64,000 nucleotides of DNA from Parcubacteria bacterium DG_74_3 (GTDB taxonomy: Bacteria > Patescibacteriota > Minisyncoccia > Minisyncoccales > DG-74-3), in assembly GCA_001302985.1 (NCBI GenBank), contig LJNG01000002.1:7164-71163 (forward strand), given 5' to 3'. Each line of letters starts with the position of its first letter. Within the stretch, counting starts at the first letter, position 1. The notes beneath the pieces were generated by a model. It did not search any database. It was not told the DNA's origin and saw only the letters and a program-made list of their open reading frames with translations. Below are positions 27,951 to 37,868 of this stretch, piece by piece. A program made the translations under genes and the position numbers.

Positions 27951-29927
27951 ATGAGTTTTCCCCAAAAATGGCCTTCTAGGACGCAGTGGAACCAACTTTT
28001 CAAAGTTTTAAATCAAAAAGAAAAGAGAGTCTTTTCTGTTTTTTTATTTGGAGCAATTGTCTCTTTTGGTTTTCTCTTAATTAATTTTTATTTTAACCAC
28101 ACAGAAATTCGACCCGCCCTTGGCGGAGAATACACAGAGGCTCTGGTGGGTCAACCCAGATTTTTAAATCCAATTTACGGATTAACCAATGATGTTGATC
28201 GTGATTTGGTTGAGTTGCTTTTTACAGGTTTAATGAAATATGACCCCGATGGTAAAATTATTCCCGAGCTAGCCAAAGAGTACCGGATTCTGGAAGAGGG
28301 TAGGGTTTATGAGTTTGACCTGAAAGAAAATATTTTTTGGGAAGACGGAGAACCACTGAATATTAATGACATAATCTTTACCATCGAAACCATCCAAAAT
28401 CCCGATTTTAAAAGTCCTCAGAGAGTAAGTTGGTTAGGGGTTGAGGTAGAAAAAGTTTCTGATAGAAGTCTTCGTTTTAAACTCAAAAAGCCTTCGGCTA
28501 TTTTCCTCGAACAGTGCACCCTTAAAATTATACCCGAACACATCTGGAAAACAGTCTCGCCTCAGAATTTTCCCCTAACTCTTTATAATTTAAAACCTAT
28601 CGGTTCGGGCCCTTATAAATTAAAAAATTTGCTTCAAACAGACCAGGGGAAAATAAGCTCATTAACCTTAATAAGAAATCCGAGGTATTTTGGCCAGGGA
28701 CCGAATATACCCAAAATAACTTTCTTTTTCTATGATAGCGAAGAGGAATTACTAAAAGAATATTCAAAGGGAGAAATTAAGGGATTTACCCTTCTTTCAG
28801 TCGAAAATCTACCAAAAATTAATTTAGATTTAAGGCTTTATTCTCTTTCTCTACCAAGATATTTTGCTATTTTTTTTAACTTAGAAAAATCAAAAGTTTT
28901 AGTTGATGAGGAAGTAAGAAAGGCGTTAAATTATGGTACCAACAAAGAAGAGATGGTCGAAAAAATTCTTTTCGGCCATGGAAAGGTTATTCATTCCCCT
29001 ATCCTACCTCAGGTCTATGGATTTAAAGAGCCTAGTGAGATTTATCAATTCGATTTAGAAAAAGCAAAAGAAATTTTAGAAAAAGCAGGGTTTATTGAAA
29101 ACGAAGAGGGAAAAAGAATTAAAATGGTCAAAAAGAAAGCCTCCTTTCAGCTCCAGAGCAATCTTGGGTTTGGATCTAAGGGGAGTGAGGTCGAAGAACT
29201 CCAAAAATGTTTAGCTCGCTTTCCCGATGTTTATCCCGACGGAACGATATCGGGCTATTTTGGTCAGTTAACAAAAGAAGCTGTTATTAAATTTCAGGAA
29301 AAATATGCTCAAGAAATTTTAATTCCCTCGGGGCTAAAAGAAGGCACGGGAGAGGTTAGGGTAAAAACCCGCGAGAAGCTTAATGAGCTCTGTTATGTCC
29401 AAACAGAAGAAATTCCCCTTGAAATTTCTTTAATAACAGTAGAACAACCCCTAATGGTAAAGACAGCCGCCCTTTTAAAAGAACAGTGGGAAAAACTTGG
29501 CTTGACTCTTAATATTCAAGTTTTTGATATCTCTACCATCGAAAGAGACATTATCAAAAAAAGAGATTATGAAACCCTTTTGTTTGGCGAAATTTTAGGC
29601 TCCCTTCCAGATCCCTATCCTTTCTGGCATTCTTCCCAAAAAAGAGACCCTGGATTAAATCTGGCGTTTTATAGCAATGGTAAAATCGATAAACTATTGG
29701 AAGAAATTCGCCAAAATCTTGATGCAAAAATTAGAAAAGAAAAATTAGAAGAGTTTCAAGAAATTTTAATTAAAGACGGACCAGCGGTGTTTTTATATAG
29801 CCCAGATTATCTTTATTTGGTCTCTTCAGAAATAAAAGGCATAAAAGAGGGAATGATTGTTGACCCATCTAGGCGTCTCAGTGATATAGAAAATTGGTAT
29901 ATTAAAACCAAAAGAGCATGGAAATGA
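27951..29927 (+). CDS. Family-5 (peptide/nickel-type) extracellular solute-binding protein with an inserted peptidoglycan-binding (PG_binding_1-like) domain
   Basis: SBP_bac_5 N-terminal region (LVGQPRFLNPIYGLTNDVDRDLVELLFTGLMKYDPDG...). Internal GSKGSEVEELQKCLARFPDVYPDGTISGYFGQLTKEAVIKFQEKY. N-terminal TM anchor. First ATG at 27951; the ORF track starts at a TTG at 27936. Confidence 0.7.
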   Translation: MSFPQKWPSRTQWNQLFKVLNQKEKRVFSVFLFGAIVSFGFLLINFYFNHTEIRPALGGEYTEALVGQPRFLNPIYGLTNDVDRDLVELLFTGLMKYDPDGKIIPELAKEYRILEEGRVYEFDLKENIFWEDGEPLNINDIIFTIETIQNPDFKSPQRVSWLGVEVEKVSDRSLRFKLKKPSAIFLEQCTLKIIPEHIWKTVSPQNFPLTLYNLKPIGSGPYKLKNLLQTDQGKISSLTLIRNPRYFGQGPNIPKITFFFYDSEEELLKEYSKGEIKGFTLLSVENLPKINLDLRLYSLSLPRYFAIFFNLEKSKVLVDEEVRKALNYGTNKEEMVEKILFGHGKVIHSPILPQVYGFKEPSEIYQFDLEKAKEILEKAGFIENEEGKRIKMVKKKASFQLQSNLGFGSKGSEVEELQKCLARFPDVYPDGTISGYFGQLTKEAVIKFQEKYAQEILIPSGLKEGTGEVRVKTREKLNELCYVQTEEIPLEISLITVEQPLMVKTAALLKEQWEKLGLTLNIQVFDISTIERDIIKKRDYETLLFGEILGSLPDPYPFWHSSQKRDPGLNLAFYSNGKIDKLLEEIRQNLDAKIRKEKLEEFQEILIKDGPAVFLYSPDYLYLVSSEIKGIKEGMIVDPSRRLSDIENWYIKTKRAWK

Positions 29928-30520
29928 AACAGGGAAAGAAGAAACAAGAAATAAGAAGTAAAAAGCCCGATATTCGTTATTTGGATAATATGCGAAATGT
30001 TCTTTATGATGAGAATTGGGCTAAAACGGCTCCTAATTTAGAACTTTATTATATGTATCGTGGCCTTAAAGAAAAAAATGGCTTAAGATATGATATTACA
30101 GTTATGCCCCAAAAGATGTTGGGGAAAGAATTTTTGAAAACAAAGGGCCACGAGCACTCAGAGCCCTTTCCAGAGCTTTATATAGTGGTCGAGGGAGAAG
30201 CTGTTTTTCTAATGCAAAAATGCCGAGGGGAGATTATTCAAGATGTTTTTTGTATCAAGGCCAAAAAAAGAGAGGGACTTATTATTCCCAGAAATTATGG
30301 TCATGTAACAATTAATCCCTCAAAAAAAACCCTAAAAATGGCTAATTGGATTAATAAAAAATGTAAAGGATTGTATGATTTATTTGAAAAAAAGAAGGGA
30401 GCTTGTTATTATTATACGAAATCTGGTTGGGTAAAAAATAAAAACTACAAGTCGATTCCAAAGCTTCGTTTTGAAAAACCCCTAAAATCAATACCTAAAA
30501 ACTTAAATTTCTTAAAATAA
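29918..30520 (+). CDS. pgiA: Cupin-type (archaeal-type) glucose-6-phosphate isomerase
   Basis: GKEFLKTKGHEHSEPFPELYIVVEGEAVFLMQ...GLIIPRNYGHVTINPS parallels Pyrococcus cupin PGI (GKEFFFTKGHFH...EVYVALKG...VYVPPYWAHRTVNIG). Confidence 0.7.
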   Translation: MEMKQGKKKQEIRSKKPDIRYLDNMRNVLYDENWAKTAPNLELYYMYRGLKEKNGLRYDITVMPQKMLGKEFLKTKGHEHSEPFPELYIVVEGEAVFLMQKCRGEIIQDVFCIKAKKREGLIIPRNYGHVTINPSKKTLKMANWINKKCKGLYDLFEKKKGACYYYTKSGWVKNKNYKSIPKLRFEKPLKSIPKNLNFLK

Positions 30521-30579
30521 AACCAACAGAGGCCCTTCCTCTGTAAAGCCTACGGGGGCCGGGCCTTCTTAAATCTGAG

Positions 30580-31470
30580 ATGAAAAAAGTAAAAAAAGCT
30601 ATCATACCAGTAGCTGGATTGGGAACAAGATTTTTACCCCTGAGTAAGGTTTTACCAAAGGAACTTTTTCCTTTAGTTGATAAGCCGGTTTTACAATATA
30701 TTGTCGAAGAGGCTATCGCTTCGGGTATAAAAGAAATAATCTTTGTCAGTCGGTCGGAAAAAGGAATAATTTTAGATTATTTCAATCGAGACCATAAAAA
30801 GCTCAAAGAAATTCTTGAAAAAAGAAAGAAAAATCAAATCTTAAAAGAACTTAAAGAATTTGAAAGACTTTCTCGTGCAATTTCTTTTTCTCGGCGCGTC
30901 TCTCTTTCTCGCGTTTTTCAAAGAAAACCTTTTGGGGACGGTCACGCCATCTTACGAGCAAAAGGAGTTATTAAGGAGGAACCTGTGGCTGTTTTATTTG
31001 GCGATGATGTTGTTGAGTCTAAAACTCCTTGCCTTTTGCAATTGATTAGGGTATTTAAAAAATATCAAAAACCAGTAATTGCTCTTTATAGACTTCCTAA
31101 AGAAAAATTATCTTCTTACGGGGTTGTTAGGGTTGAAAAGGTGAAAAACAGGGTTTATAGAATTAAAGAAATAGTAGAAAAGCCGTCAATTGAGGAGGCG
31201 CCTTCCAACCTTGCCATTGTCGGAAAATACATCTTAAATCCCGAAGTTTTGGAATATCTTTCAAGAACCAAGCCAGGAGCAAAAGGGGAAATAATTTTAG
31301 CTGAAAGCTTAAAAGAAATGATAAAAGACGGGAAGGAAATTTATGGCTACGAATTTGAGGGAAAGTGGCTTGAGTGCGGTAATAAGGAAAGTTGGCTAAA
31401 GTCTCATCTTTATCTTAGTCTTAAGCATCCAAAATTTGGTCCTAATCTTAAAGCATTGTTAAAGAAATAA
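30580..31470 (+). CDS. galU: UTP--glucose-1-phosphate uridylyltransferase
   Basis: KAIIPVAGLGTRFLPLSKVLPKELFPLVDKPVLQYIVEEA. Confidence 0.8.
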   Translation: MKKVKKAIIPVAGLGTRFLPLSKVLPKELFPLVDKPVLQYIVEEAIASGIKEIIFVSRSEKGIILDYFNRDHKKLKEILEKRKKNQILKELKEFERLSRAISFSRRVSLSRVFQRKPFGDGHAILRAKGVIKEEPVAVLFGDDVVESKTPCLLQLIRVFKKYQKPVIALYRLPKEKLSSYGVVRVEKVKNRVYRIKEIVEKPSIEEAPSNLAIVGKYILNPEVLEYLSRTKPGAKGEIILAESLKEMIKDGKEIYGYEFEGKWLECGNKESWLKSHLYLSLKHPKFGPNLKALLKK

Positions 31471-31487
31471 TATAAACTAAAAAACCC

Positions 31488-32189
31488 ATGAAAGGTTTTA
31501 TTCTAGCGGCTGGAAAAGGAACCAGGCTTTATCCTCTTACTTTGGAAATTCCAAAGCCCTTATTGCCAGTAAATAAAATTCCAATAATCACTTACCTGGT
31601 CGAGCTTTATCTGAAAAACGGAATTACTGATATTAAAATCAATGTCCAGAAAAAGCATCTGAAAGACTTTGCTAAATGGCGAGTTATCTATTTTCCAAGA
31701 AAAAAAATTGAACTCATGGTGGAAAGAAAACCCTCGGGAACCTTTACTCCTATTGCCAAAAAGATTAGCCCTCAATGGTTTAGAGAACCAATTGTTGTTT
31801 CAAATGGCGACGAATTGAAAGAGCTTAATATTAAAAAAATGATGAGCTGGCACAGACAAAAAGGAGCTTTGGTAACCGTAGGTCTTGTGAGGGTAAAAAA
31901 CCCGAAGGATTACGGTGTGGCTAAAATTAAGGGGGATAAAATTATTAATTTTATTGAGAAACCCAGAAAGCCACCTTCTTATTATATCAATTCCGGCATT
32001 TACATAATGTCGCCAGAGATTAGAAAATATTTTCCTAAAAGAAAAAAGTTTTCCATGTTAGAAAGTGATCTTTTTCCTAAGTTAGCCAAAGAAGGTAAAC
32101 TTTTTGGATACAAATGGAGAGGAAGGTGGACAGATTGCGGTACATTTAAACGTTGGGAATTTGCCATTAAGAATTGGAAGAAAAAATAA
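31488..32189 (+). CDS. Sugar-phosphate nucleotidyltransferase (NTP_transferase family)
   Basis: GFILAAGKGTRLYPLTLEIPKPLLPV N-terminal signature. Confidence 0.7.
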   Translation: MKGFILAAGKGTRLYPLTLEIPKPLLPVNKIPIITYLVELYLKNGITDIKINVQKKHLKDFAKWRVIYFPRKKIELMVERKPSGTFTPIAKKISPQWFREPIVVSNGDELKELNIKKMMSWHRQKGALVTVGLVRVKNPKDYGVAKIKGDKIINFIEKPRKPPSYYINSGIYIMSPEIRKYFPKRKKFSMLESDLFPKLAKEGKLFGYKWRGRWTDCGTFKRWEFAIKNWKKK

Positions 32190-32192
32190 AAA

Positions 32193-32279
32193 GCCGAGGT
32201 GGTGAAATTTGGCTAGACACGCAAGCTTCAGGAGCTTGTGGACCAAAAGTCCATGTGGGTTCGAATCCCACCCTCGGCA
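32193..32279 (+). tRNA. tRNA-Leu (anticodon CAG), long variable arm
   Basis: Manual fold: acceptor GCCGAGG/CCTCGGC, D stem GTG/CAC, anticodon stem CAAGC/GCTTG with loop TTCAGGA, variable arm TGGACC-aaaa-GTCCAT, T-arm GTGGG-TTCGAAT-CCCAC, discriminator A. Confidence 0.85.
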
Positions 32280-32281
32280 TC

Positions 32282-33958
32282 ATGAAAAAACAAAAAAGGC
32301 TAAAGATTATACCACTTGGTGGTCTGGGAGAGGTTGGGCGTAATATGATGCTTCTGGAAACGCAGGAGGGAATTTTAATTGTTGAAATGGGGTTTAGATT
32401 ACCAGAAGAAAGTATGCCGGGCATTGATTATATTATTCCTAATATTTCTTATCTAAAAGGTAAAGAAAAAAAGATTTTGGGTGTAGTTTTTACTCACGGC
32501 CATTACGACCACATAGGGGCTGTCCCCTATTTAATTGATAAAATTTGGAGACCGGGTTTACGCCTTTTTGCCTCTCCCCTAACTCGAGGTATTATTTTAA
32601 AGAGACAGGAAGACTTCCCTTATCAGCCAAAATTAGAAATTGAAACGGTAAAAGATGGTTCAAAAATCAGATTAAATTCTCTTAAAATTGAATTTTTTCG
32701 CCAAAACCATAATATTCCCGGTAACTTAGGCTTGTTTATAAAGACACCCGTGGGAAATATTTTCCATACCTCTGATTTTAAATTTGACAAAAATCCAATA
32801 AATGATTTACCAACTGATTTTCAAAAATTAAAAAGGTTAGGAAACCAAAAAATCTTACTCTTAATGTCAGACTCAACAGGAGCCGAAGAAGAGGGTAAGT
32901 CGCTTTCAGAAAAAGAAATTTTTGAAAATTTGGGGTCAATTTTTGGACAGGTAAGGGGTAGAATTATCGCAGCTACTTTCGCTTCCTTAATAAATAGAAT
33001 CGGGCAAATCATCTCCCTGTCAGAAAAATATAAAAGACGGGTTTGTATTGAAGGTTTTTCCATGAAAACCAATGTCGAAATTGCCAAGAATTTGGGGTAC
33101 CTTAAAACTAAAAGTAGATTTTTGAAACCAAAAGAGGTTGCAAACTTCCCAGATTCGAAAATAACTATTTTGTGTACCGGAGCTCAAGGAGAAACCGCAG
33201 CTGCCTTAATGAGAATTGTTAACAAAGAACACTCCTCAATTCGTCTTAGAAGGGGAGATTCTGTGATTCTCTCTTCTTCAATTGTGCCTGGGAATGAAAG
33301 AACTGTTCAGGTTTTAAAGGATAATATTTTAAGACAGGGGGCTCAGGTTTTTCACTACAAAATGATGGATATACACGCCGGGGGCCATGCTCAAAAAGAA
33401 GAGCTGAAACAGATGATCAAAATTCTAAAACCAAGATTTTTTCTTCCAATTCATGGTCAATATTCAATGCTAGTCTCCCACGCCCAAATAGCCCAGGAGG
33501 CCGGTCTTTCAGAAAAAAACATTATTGTTGCCGAAAACGGTCAGGTTATTAATCTGGGCTCCAAAACAATTTTTATCGAAAAAAGAAGCGTTCCCTCAAA
33601 TTATGTTATGGTCGATGGCTTGGGCGTTGGAGACGTAGGAGAGATAGTTCTAAGAGATAGACAGCAATTGGCTCAAGATGGCATGTTCGTCATTGTGGCT
33701 ATAATTGATAGACAAACTGGAAGGGTTAGGGGTTCTCCTGATATAATATCAAGAGGGTTTGTTTATTTAAGAGAGTCAAAAGAACTATTAGCTCAAACCC
33801 GAAAAAGGGTAATTAAAATTGTTAACAGAGCCACTCTTTCTGGAGGGGCGGTTAATTGGAGTTATGTTAAGGGAGAAATTAGAGATGAAATTGGACAATT
33901 TTTATATAACAAAACCCAGAGAAGACCAATTATATTACCGGTGGTCATCGAGGTCTAA
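32282..33958 (+). CDS. rnj: Ribonuclease J (metallo-beta-lactamase / beta-CASP)
   Basis: LKIIPLGGLGEVGRNMMLLE and HGHYDHIGAVPYL. The ORF track begins at 32174 inside the tRNA; the first plausible ATG is 32282, 2 nt after the tRNA 3' end. Confidence 0.85.
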   Translation: MKKQKRLKIIPLGGLGEVGRNMMLLETQEGILIVEMGFRLPEESMPGIDYIIPNISYLKGKEKKILGVVFTHGHYDHIGAVPYLIDKIWRPGLRLFASPLTRGIILKRQEDFPYQPKLEIETVKDGSKIRLNSLKIEFFRQNHNIPGNLGLFIKTPVGNIFHTSDFKFDKNPINDLPTDFQKLKRLGNQKILLLMSDSTGAEEEGKSLSEKEIFENLGSIFGQVRGRIIAATFASLINRIGQIISLSEKYKRRVCIEGFSMKTNVEIAKNLGYLKTKSRFLKPKEVANFPDSKITILCTGAQGETAAALMRIVNKEHSSIRLRRGDSVILSSSIVPGNERTVQVLKDNILRQGAQVFHYKMMDIHAGGHAQKEELKQMIKILKPRFFLPIHGQYSMLVSHAQIAQEAGLSEKNIIVAENGQVINLGSKTIFIEKRSVPSNYVMVDGLGVGDVGEIVLRDRQQLAQDGMFVIVAIIDRQTGRVRGSPDIISRGFVYLRESKELLAQTRKRVIKIVNRATLSGGAVNWSYVKGEIRDEIGQFLYNKTQRRPIILPVVIEV

Positions 33959-34021
33959 TAGCTAAGGTGACATTCAACACGGGTTGCGACCAAGAGACCA
34001 CGATAATTTACATAAAATCAT

Positions 34022-34996
34022 ATGAGAATTTTTAGCGGCATCCAACCAACCGGGAAATTGCATATTGGGAACTATGTTGGTGCAATTAAGCAGTGGCTTG
34101 AACTTCAGCTAAAACATAAGTGTCTTTTTTGCATTGTTGATTTACACGCTATAACCATTCCCTATGACCCAAAAAATTTTCAAGAAGTTATTTTTCAGAA
34201 AGCGGTTGAATATTTAGCCTGTGGAATCAATCCAGAAAAATCGATTATTTTTGTTCAGTCTTACGTAAAAGAGCATACCGAATTAACCTGGTTACTCAAC
34301 ACAATTACCCCCATGGGCGATCTTAGCCGAATGACCCAATTTAAAGAAAAATCAAAACAATTCAAGAAAATTGTTGGGGCGGGATTATTTAATTACCCCA
34401 TCTTAATGGCAGCTGATATTTTACTCTACCAAACAGACATAGTTCCTGTTGGTAAAGACCAACAACAGCACGTTGAACTAGCCAGGACTCTTGCCAGAGC
34501 ATTCAATCGGAAATTTGGTAAAACCTTTAGGGTACCAGAATTAATGTTGCCCAAATTAGGAGCTAAGATTATGTCTTTACAAAATCCAAAACAAAAAATG
34601 TCAAAGTCTATTCCTCGGTCCTGTTTGTTTTTAGTAGACGAACCCAATGTTATTCGAGAGAAAATAATGACTGCTGTTACTGACCCGGGCAAAGAAATAG
34701 TTTATGACCTGAAAAGAAAACCAGGTATTTCCAATCTTTTAACTATTTATTCTTTATTTTCTGAAATGCCAATTAAAAAATTAGAGGAAGATTTTAAGGG
34801 AAGGGGTTACAAAGAATTAAAAAAATCCTTGGTCAAGGTTTTGGTACAATCTCTCGAGCCCATTCGTAGAAAAAGAAAAGAACTTCTCAAGAGAGAAGTC
34901 TATGTCCAGGAGGTTTTAAATCAAGGCGCTAAAAAAGCTCAGGTCATAGCCCAATCGACCATGACAGAAGTTAGAAAAAAAATGGGTTTGGTTTAA
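34022..34996 (+). CDS. trpS: Tryptophan--tRNA ligase
   Basis: IFSGIQPTGKLHIGNY (HIGH) and KMSKS. Confidence 0.9.
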   Translation: MRIFSGIQPTGKLHIGNYVGAIKQWLELQLKHKCLFCIVDLHAITIPYDPKNFQEVIFQKAVEYLACGINPEKSIIFVQSYVKEHTELTWLLNTITPMGDLSRMTQFKEKSKQFKKIVGAGLFNYPILMAADILLYQTDIVPVGKDQQQHVELARTLARAFNRKFGKTFRVPELMLPKLGAKIMSLQNPKQKMSKSIPRSCLFLVDEPNVIREKIMTAVTDPGKEIVYDLKRKPGISNLLTIYSLFSEMPIKKLEEDFKGRGYKELKKSLVKVLVQSLEPIRRKRKELLKREVYVQEVLNQGAKKAQVIAQSTMTEVRKKMGLV

Positions 34997-36411
34997 CCGC
35001 TAATCCATTTTTTTCCAACCTTAGGGTACTTAGCCAGTTTTTGACGAAAAATACTCTCAATCCTCTCCAGCCCCTTTTTTGTTTTAGATTCAAAAACTAA
35101 AACCAAAACCGGTAAATTAGAAGAAGCTCGAACTAGTCCCCAACCATCATCAAATTTTACCCGGGCACCATTAATATCAATTACTCTATCTTGACCGTAT
35201 TCTTTTTTGAATTCTTTAGTTAATTTTTCAACAAGCTTATATTTTACTTCGTCGGCGCAATCGGCGTGCCAGGCAGGAGAAATAAAATATTGAGGAGTGC
35301 TCTTCATTATTTCTGAAATGGTTTTATCTTGACCGGAAAGGTATTCGAGTAGTTTCAAAGCGGCAAAAACAGCATCGTCGTAACCATAATATCCGTGTCG
35401 ATAAAAAATATGACCGCTTCTCTCTCCCGCCAAAGAAGCATTAACTTCTTTGGCTTTTTCTTTTATATAAGAGTGGCCTGTCTTCCACATTACAGGTTTG
35501 CCTCCCTGTTTTTCAATCTCTTCAATCAAAGCCTGAGAGCATTTAACATCAAAGACAACAGAAGAACCTGGTTTTTCTTTAAGAACCCGGCGAGCCAATA
35601 AAATGAGATAACGGTCTGGCCAAACAACCCCACCCCTTTCATCAACCACTCCCAACCTATCTCCATCTCCATCAAAACCAAGACCAATATCTGCTTTTAT
35701 TTCCTTAACCTTAGAGCTCAAAGCCTCGATAGCCTCAAGGGCTGCCGGATTAGGTTCGTGGTGGGGAAAATTAAAATTAATATCACAGAATTGTTCGACA
35801 ACCTGAAGGCCTGCTTTTCTTAAAATCGGAGGAACAATGGGGCCTGCGGTACCATTGCCAGTATTAACCACTACCTTAAGGGATTTTTTAAGATTAACCT
35901 TACTAATTACGTAATCACCATAAACCTGGATAATTTCTGGTTCTTTTTTAAGAGAACCGTGGCCCCTGGGGAAATCTTCTTTTAAGATACTCTGATAAAG
36001 CTTTTTGATGTCTTCCGGCAAAAGGGTAGTGTCGAAATTGTAACCTAATTTAAAGCCGCTCCAACCGTTTGGGTTATGGGAGGCTGTAACCATCGCTACT
36101 CCCTTTATTTTTAAGAAATGCTGAGCAAAATAAGCAATGGGAACCAAAACTTGACCGATCTCTACCACATTTACTCCGGTAGATATTATCCCAGAAACAA
36201 AAGCATCTTTAAGTCTGGCCGAATACTCCCTGGCATCGAAACCAACTACGGCCTCTCGAACGTTTTTTCTTTTTAAAAAACTACCAAAGCCCTTGCCGAT
36301 AGTCCGACAGTTTTCTTCTTCGAGCTCTTTGGGTGAAACCCGACCGCGAATATCATACTCGCGAAACATTGTCTTTTCTAATTTGGGCATAGAATTGATT
36401 TTCTTACCCAT
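34993..36411 (-). CDS. Phosphomannomutase/phosphoglucomutase (alpha-D-phosphohexomutase family)
   Basis: Active-site TASHNPNGWSGFK and GFDGDGDR metal-binding loop. Confidence 0.8.
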   Translation of the reverse strand: MGKKINSMPKLEKTMFREYDIRGRVSPKELEEENCRTIGKGFGSFLKRKNVREAVVGFDAREYSARLKDAFVSGIISTGVNVVEIGQVLVPIAYFAQHFLKIKGVAMVTASHNPNGWSGFKLGYNFDTTLLPEDIKKLYQSILKEDFPRGHGSLKKEPEIIQVYGDYVISKVNLKKSLKVVVNTGNGTAGPIVPPILRKAGLQVVEQFCDINFNFPHHEPNPAALEAIEALSSKVKEIKADIGLGFDGDGDRLGVVDERGGVVWPDRYLILLARRVLKEKPGSSVVFDVKCSQALIEEIEKQGGKPVMWKTGHSYIKEKAKEVNASLAGERSGHIFYRHGYYGYDDAVFAALKLLEYLSGQDKTISEIMKSTPQYFISPAWHADCADEVKYKLVEKLTKEFKKEYGQDRVIDINGARVKFDDGWGLVRASSNLPVLVLVFESKTKKGLERIESIFRQKLAKYPKVGKKWISG

Positions 36412-36429
36412 TTATTATAGCATATTAAT

Positions 36430-37455
36430 ATGAGCTTTTCAGTGGGAATCGTGGGCTTGCCCAATGTTGGAAAGTCCACTTTATTTAAGGCCCTAACCAA
36501 AAAAGAGGTGAAAATCTCTCCCCGTCCCTTCACAACCATTTCACCCAATATCGGGCAGGTTTCTGTTCCCGATCAAAGATTGAATGAGATTGCCAATGTG
36601 ATCAAACCAGGGAAGATAACCCCAACAACTATCGAATTTGTAGATATCGCAGGTCTGGTCAAGGGAGCTCATAAGGGCGAGGGTTTGGGGAATCAATTCT
36701 TAGCCCATATTAGAAATTGTGATGCTATTTTAGAGATTATTAGAGCCTTTGAAGACCTTGAGGTAGAAAATGTTTTAGGTGAAATTAACCCAGAAAAAGA
36801 AATTGAAACTATCAAGGTTGAGCTTTTGATGAAAGACTTGGAAACTTTAACTGGTTTAATATCTAAATTAGAAAAGAAAAAAGATAGAAAAACTCTAAAG
36901 AAAATTAATTTTTTAACAAAAATCAAAGAGTCTGTTTCTCAGGGAAAACAGGTTTCAGAATTAGAAATGACAGAGGAAGAAAGGTTAAAAATTAGAGAAT
37001 ATCAACTTTTGACCGCCAAACCAGCTATTTACCTCCTAAATACTAACCGGGAAACCAGCTTCCCTCTTAAAATCCCCCACCTTAAAATTAATCTAAAAGA
37101 AGAAGAAGAAACTTCCGATCTATCAGAAAGAGAGCGAGAAGAACTTGAAATGAAATCCAGTCTTGATGAGTTAATTGCTGCTTGTTATAATATCCTCAAT
37201 CTGATAACATTTTTTACGGTAGCTCGTGGAAAAGAAACTAAGGCCTGGACAATAGAGCGAGGCTCAAAAGCATCAGAAACCGCTGGAAAGGTTCACTCAG
37301 ATTTTGAAAAAAAATTTATTAAAGCTGAGATTGTTCCTTGGAATCAGTTAGTGAGAGTAAGTTCTTGGTCAGAGGCTCGTCGAGAAGGCCTTTTAAAAAT
37401 AGTGGGGAAAGACTATATAGTCCAAGACGGAGATGTAATTGAGTTTAAAATTTAA
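36430..37455 (+). CDS. ychF: Ribosome-binding ATPase YchF (Obg-family, TGS domain)
   Basis: GIVGLPNVGKSTLF and DIAGLVKGAHKGEGLGNQFL. C-terminal TGS domain. Confidence 0.9.
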   Translation: MSFSVGIVGLPNVGKSTLFKALTKKEVKISPRPFTTISPNIGQVSVPDQRLNEIANVIKPGKITPTTIEFVDIAGLVKGAHKGEGLGNQFLAHIRNCDAILEIIRAFEDLEVENVLGEINPEKEIETIKVELLMKDLETLTGLISKLEKKKDRKTLKKINFLTKIKESVSQGKQVSELEMTEEERLKIREYQLLTAKPAIYLLNTNRETSFPLKIPHLKINLKEEEETSDLSEREREELEMKSSLDELIAACYNILNLITFFTVARGKETKAWTIERGSKASETAGKVHSDFEKKFIKAEIVPWNQLVRVSSWSEARREGLLKIVGKDYIVQDGDVIEFKI

Positions 37456-37460
37456 GTTAT

Positions 37461-37862
37461 ATGAGATTTTACGAATTAACTTATTTAATAAAACCCGATT
37501 TATCTGAGGAAAAGGCAAGAAATCTTTCTGAAAAAATAAACTCTTTCATTCAAGAAGAAGGGGGAATTTTAGATAAAAGTCAGAAGATGGCAACCAAAAA
37601 ATTGGGTTACCCAATTAAAAAAGAAACTACGATCCTTTTAAAAACTCTGGTTTTTTATTTAAATCCAGAGGGATTAGAAAATTTGGAGAAAAAATTAAAA
37701 GAAACAACGGATATTTTGCGTTTTCTGTTTTTGTCCAAGAAAACACCGAAAACCATGGCCAAAATTTCAGCTGAACCTAAAATTGTAAAAAAGGCTAAGC
37801 TAAAAACAAAAGTCGAACTTAAAGAAATAGAAAAAACATTAGAAGAAATCCTCGAGGAATAA
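37461..37862 (+). CDS. rpsF: 30S ribosomal protein S6 with C-terminal extension
   Basis: MRFYELTYLIKPDL... ; rpsF-ssb-rpsR order. Confidence 0.8.
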   Translation: MRFYELTYLIKPDLSEEKARNLSEKINSFIQEEGGILDKSQKMATKKLGYPIKKETTILLKTLVFYLNPEGLENLEKKLKETTDILRFLFLSKKTPKTMAKISAEPKIVKKAKLKTKVELKEIEKTLEEILEE

Positions 37863-37868
37863 TCCATT

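Noticed and set aside
32167-32424. 85-aa minus-strand ORF overlapping tRNA-Leu and the rnj start
   Set aside because: It overlaps a well-folded tRNA and the conserved N-terminus of RNase J on the other strand; spurious.
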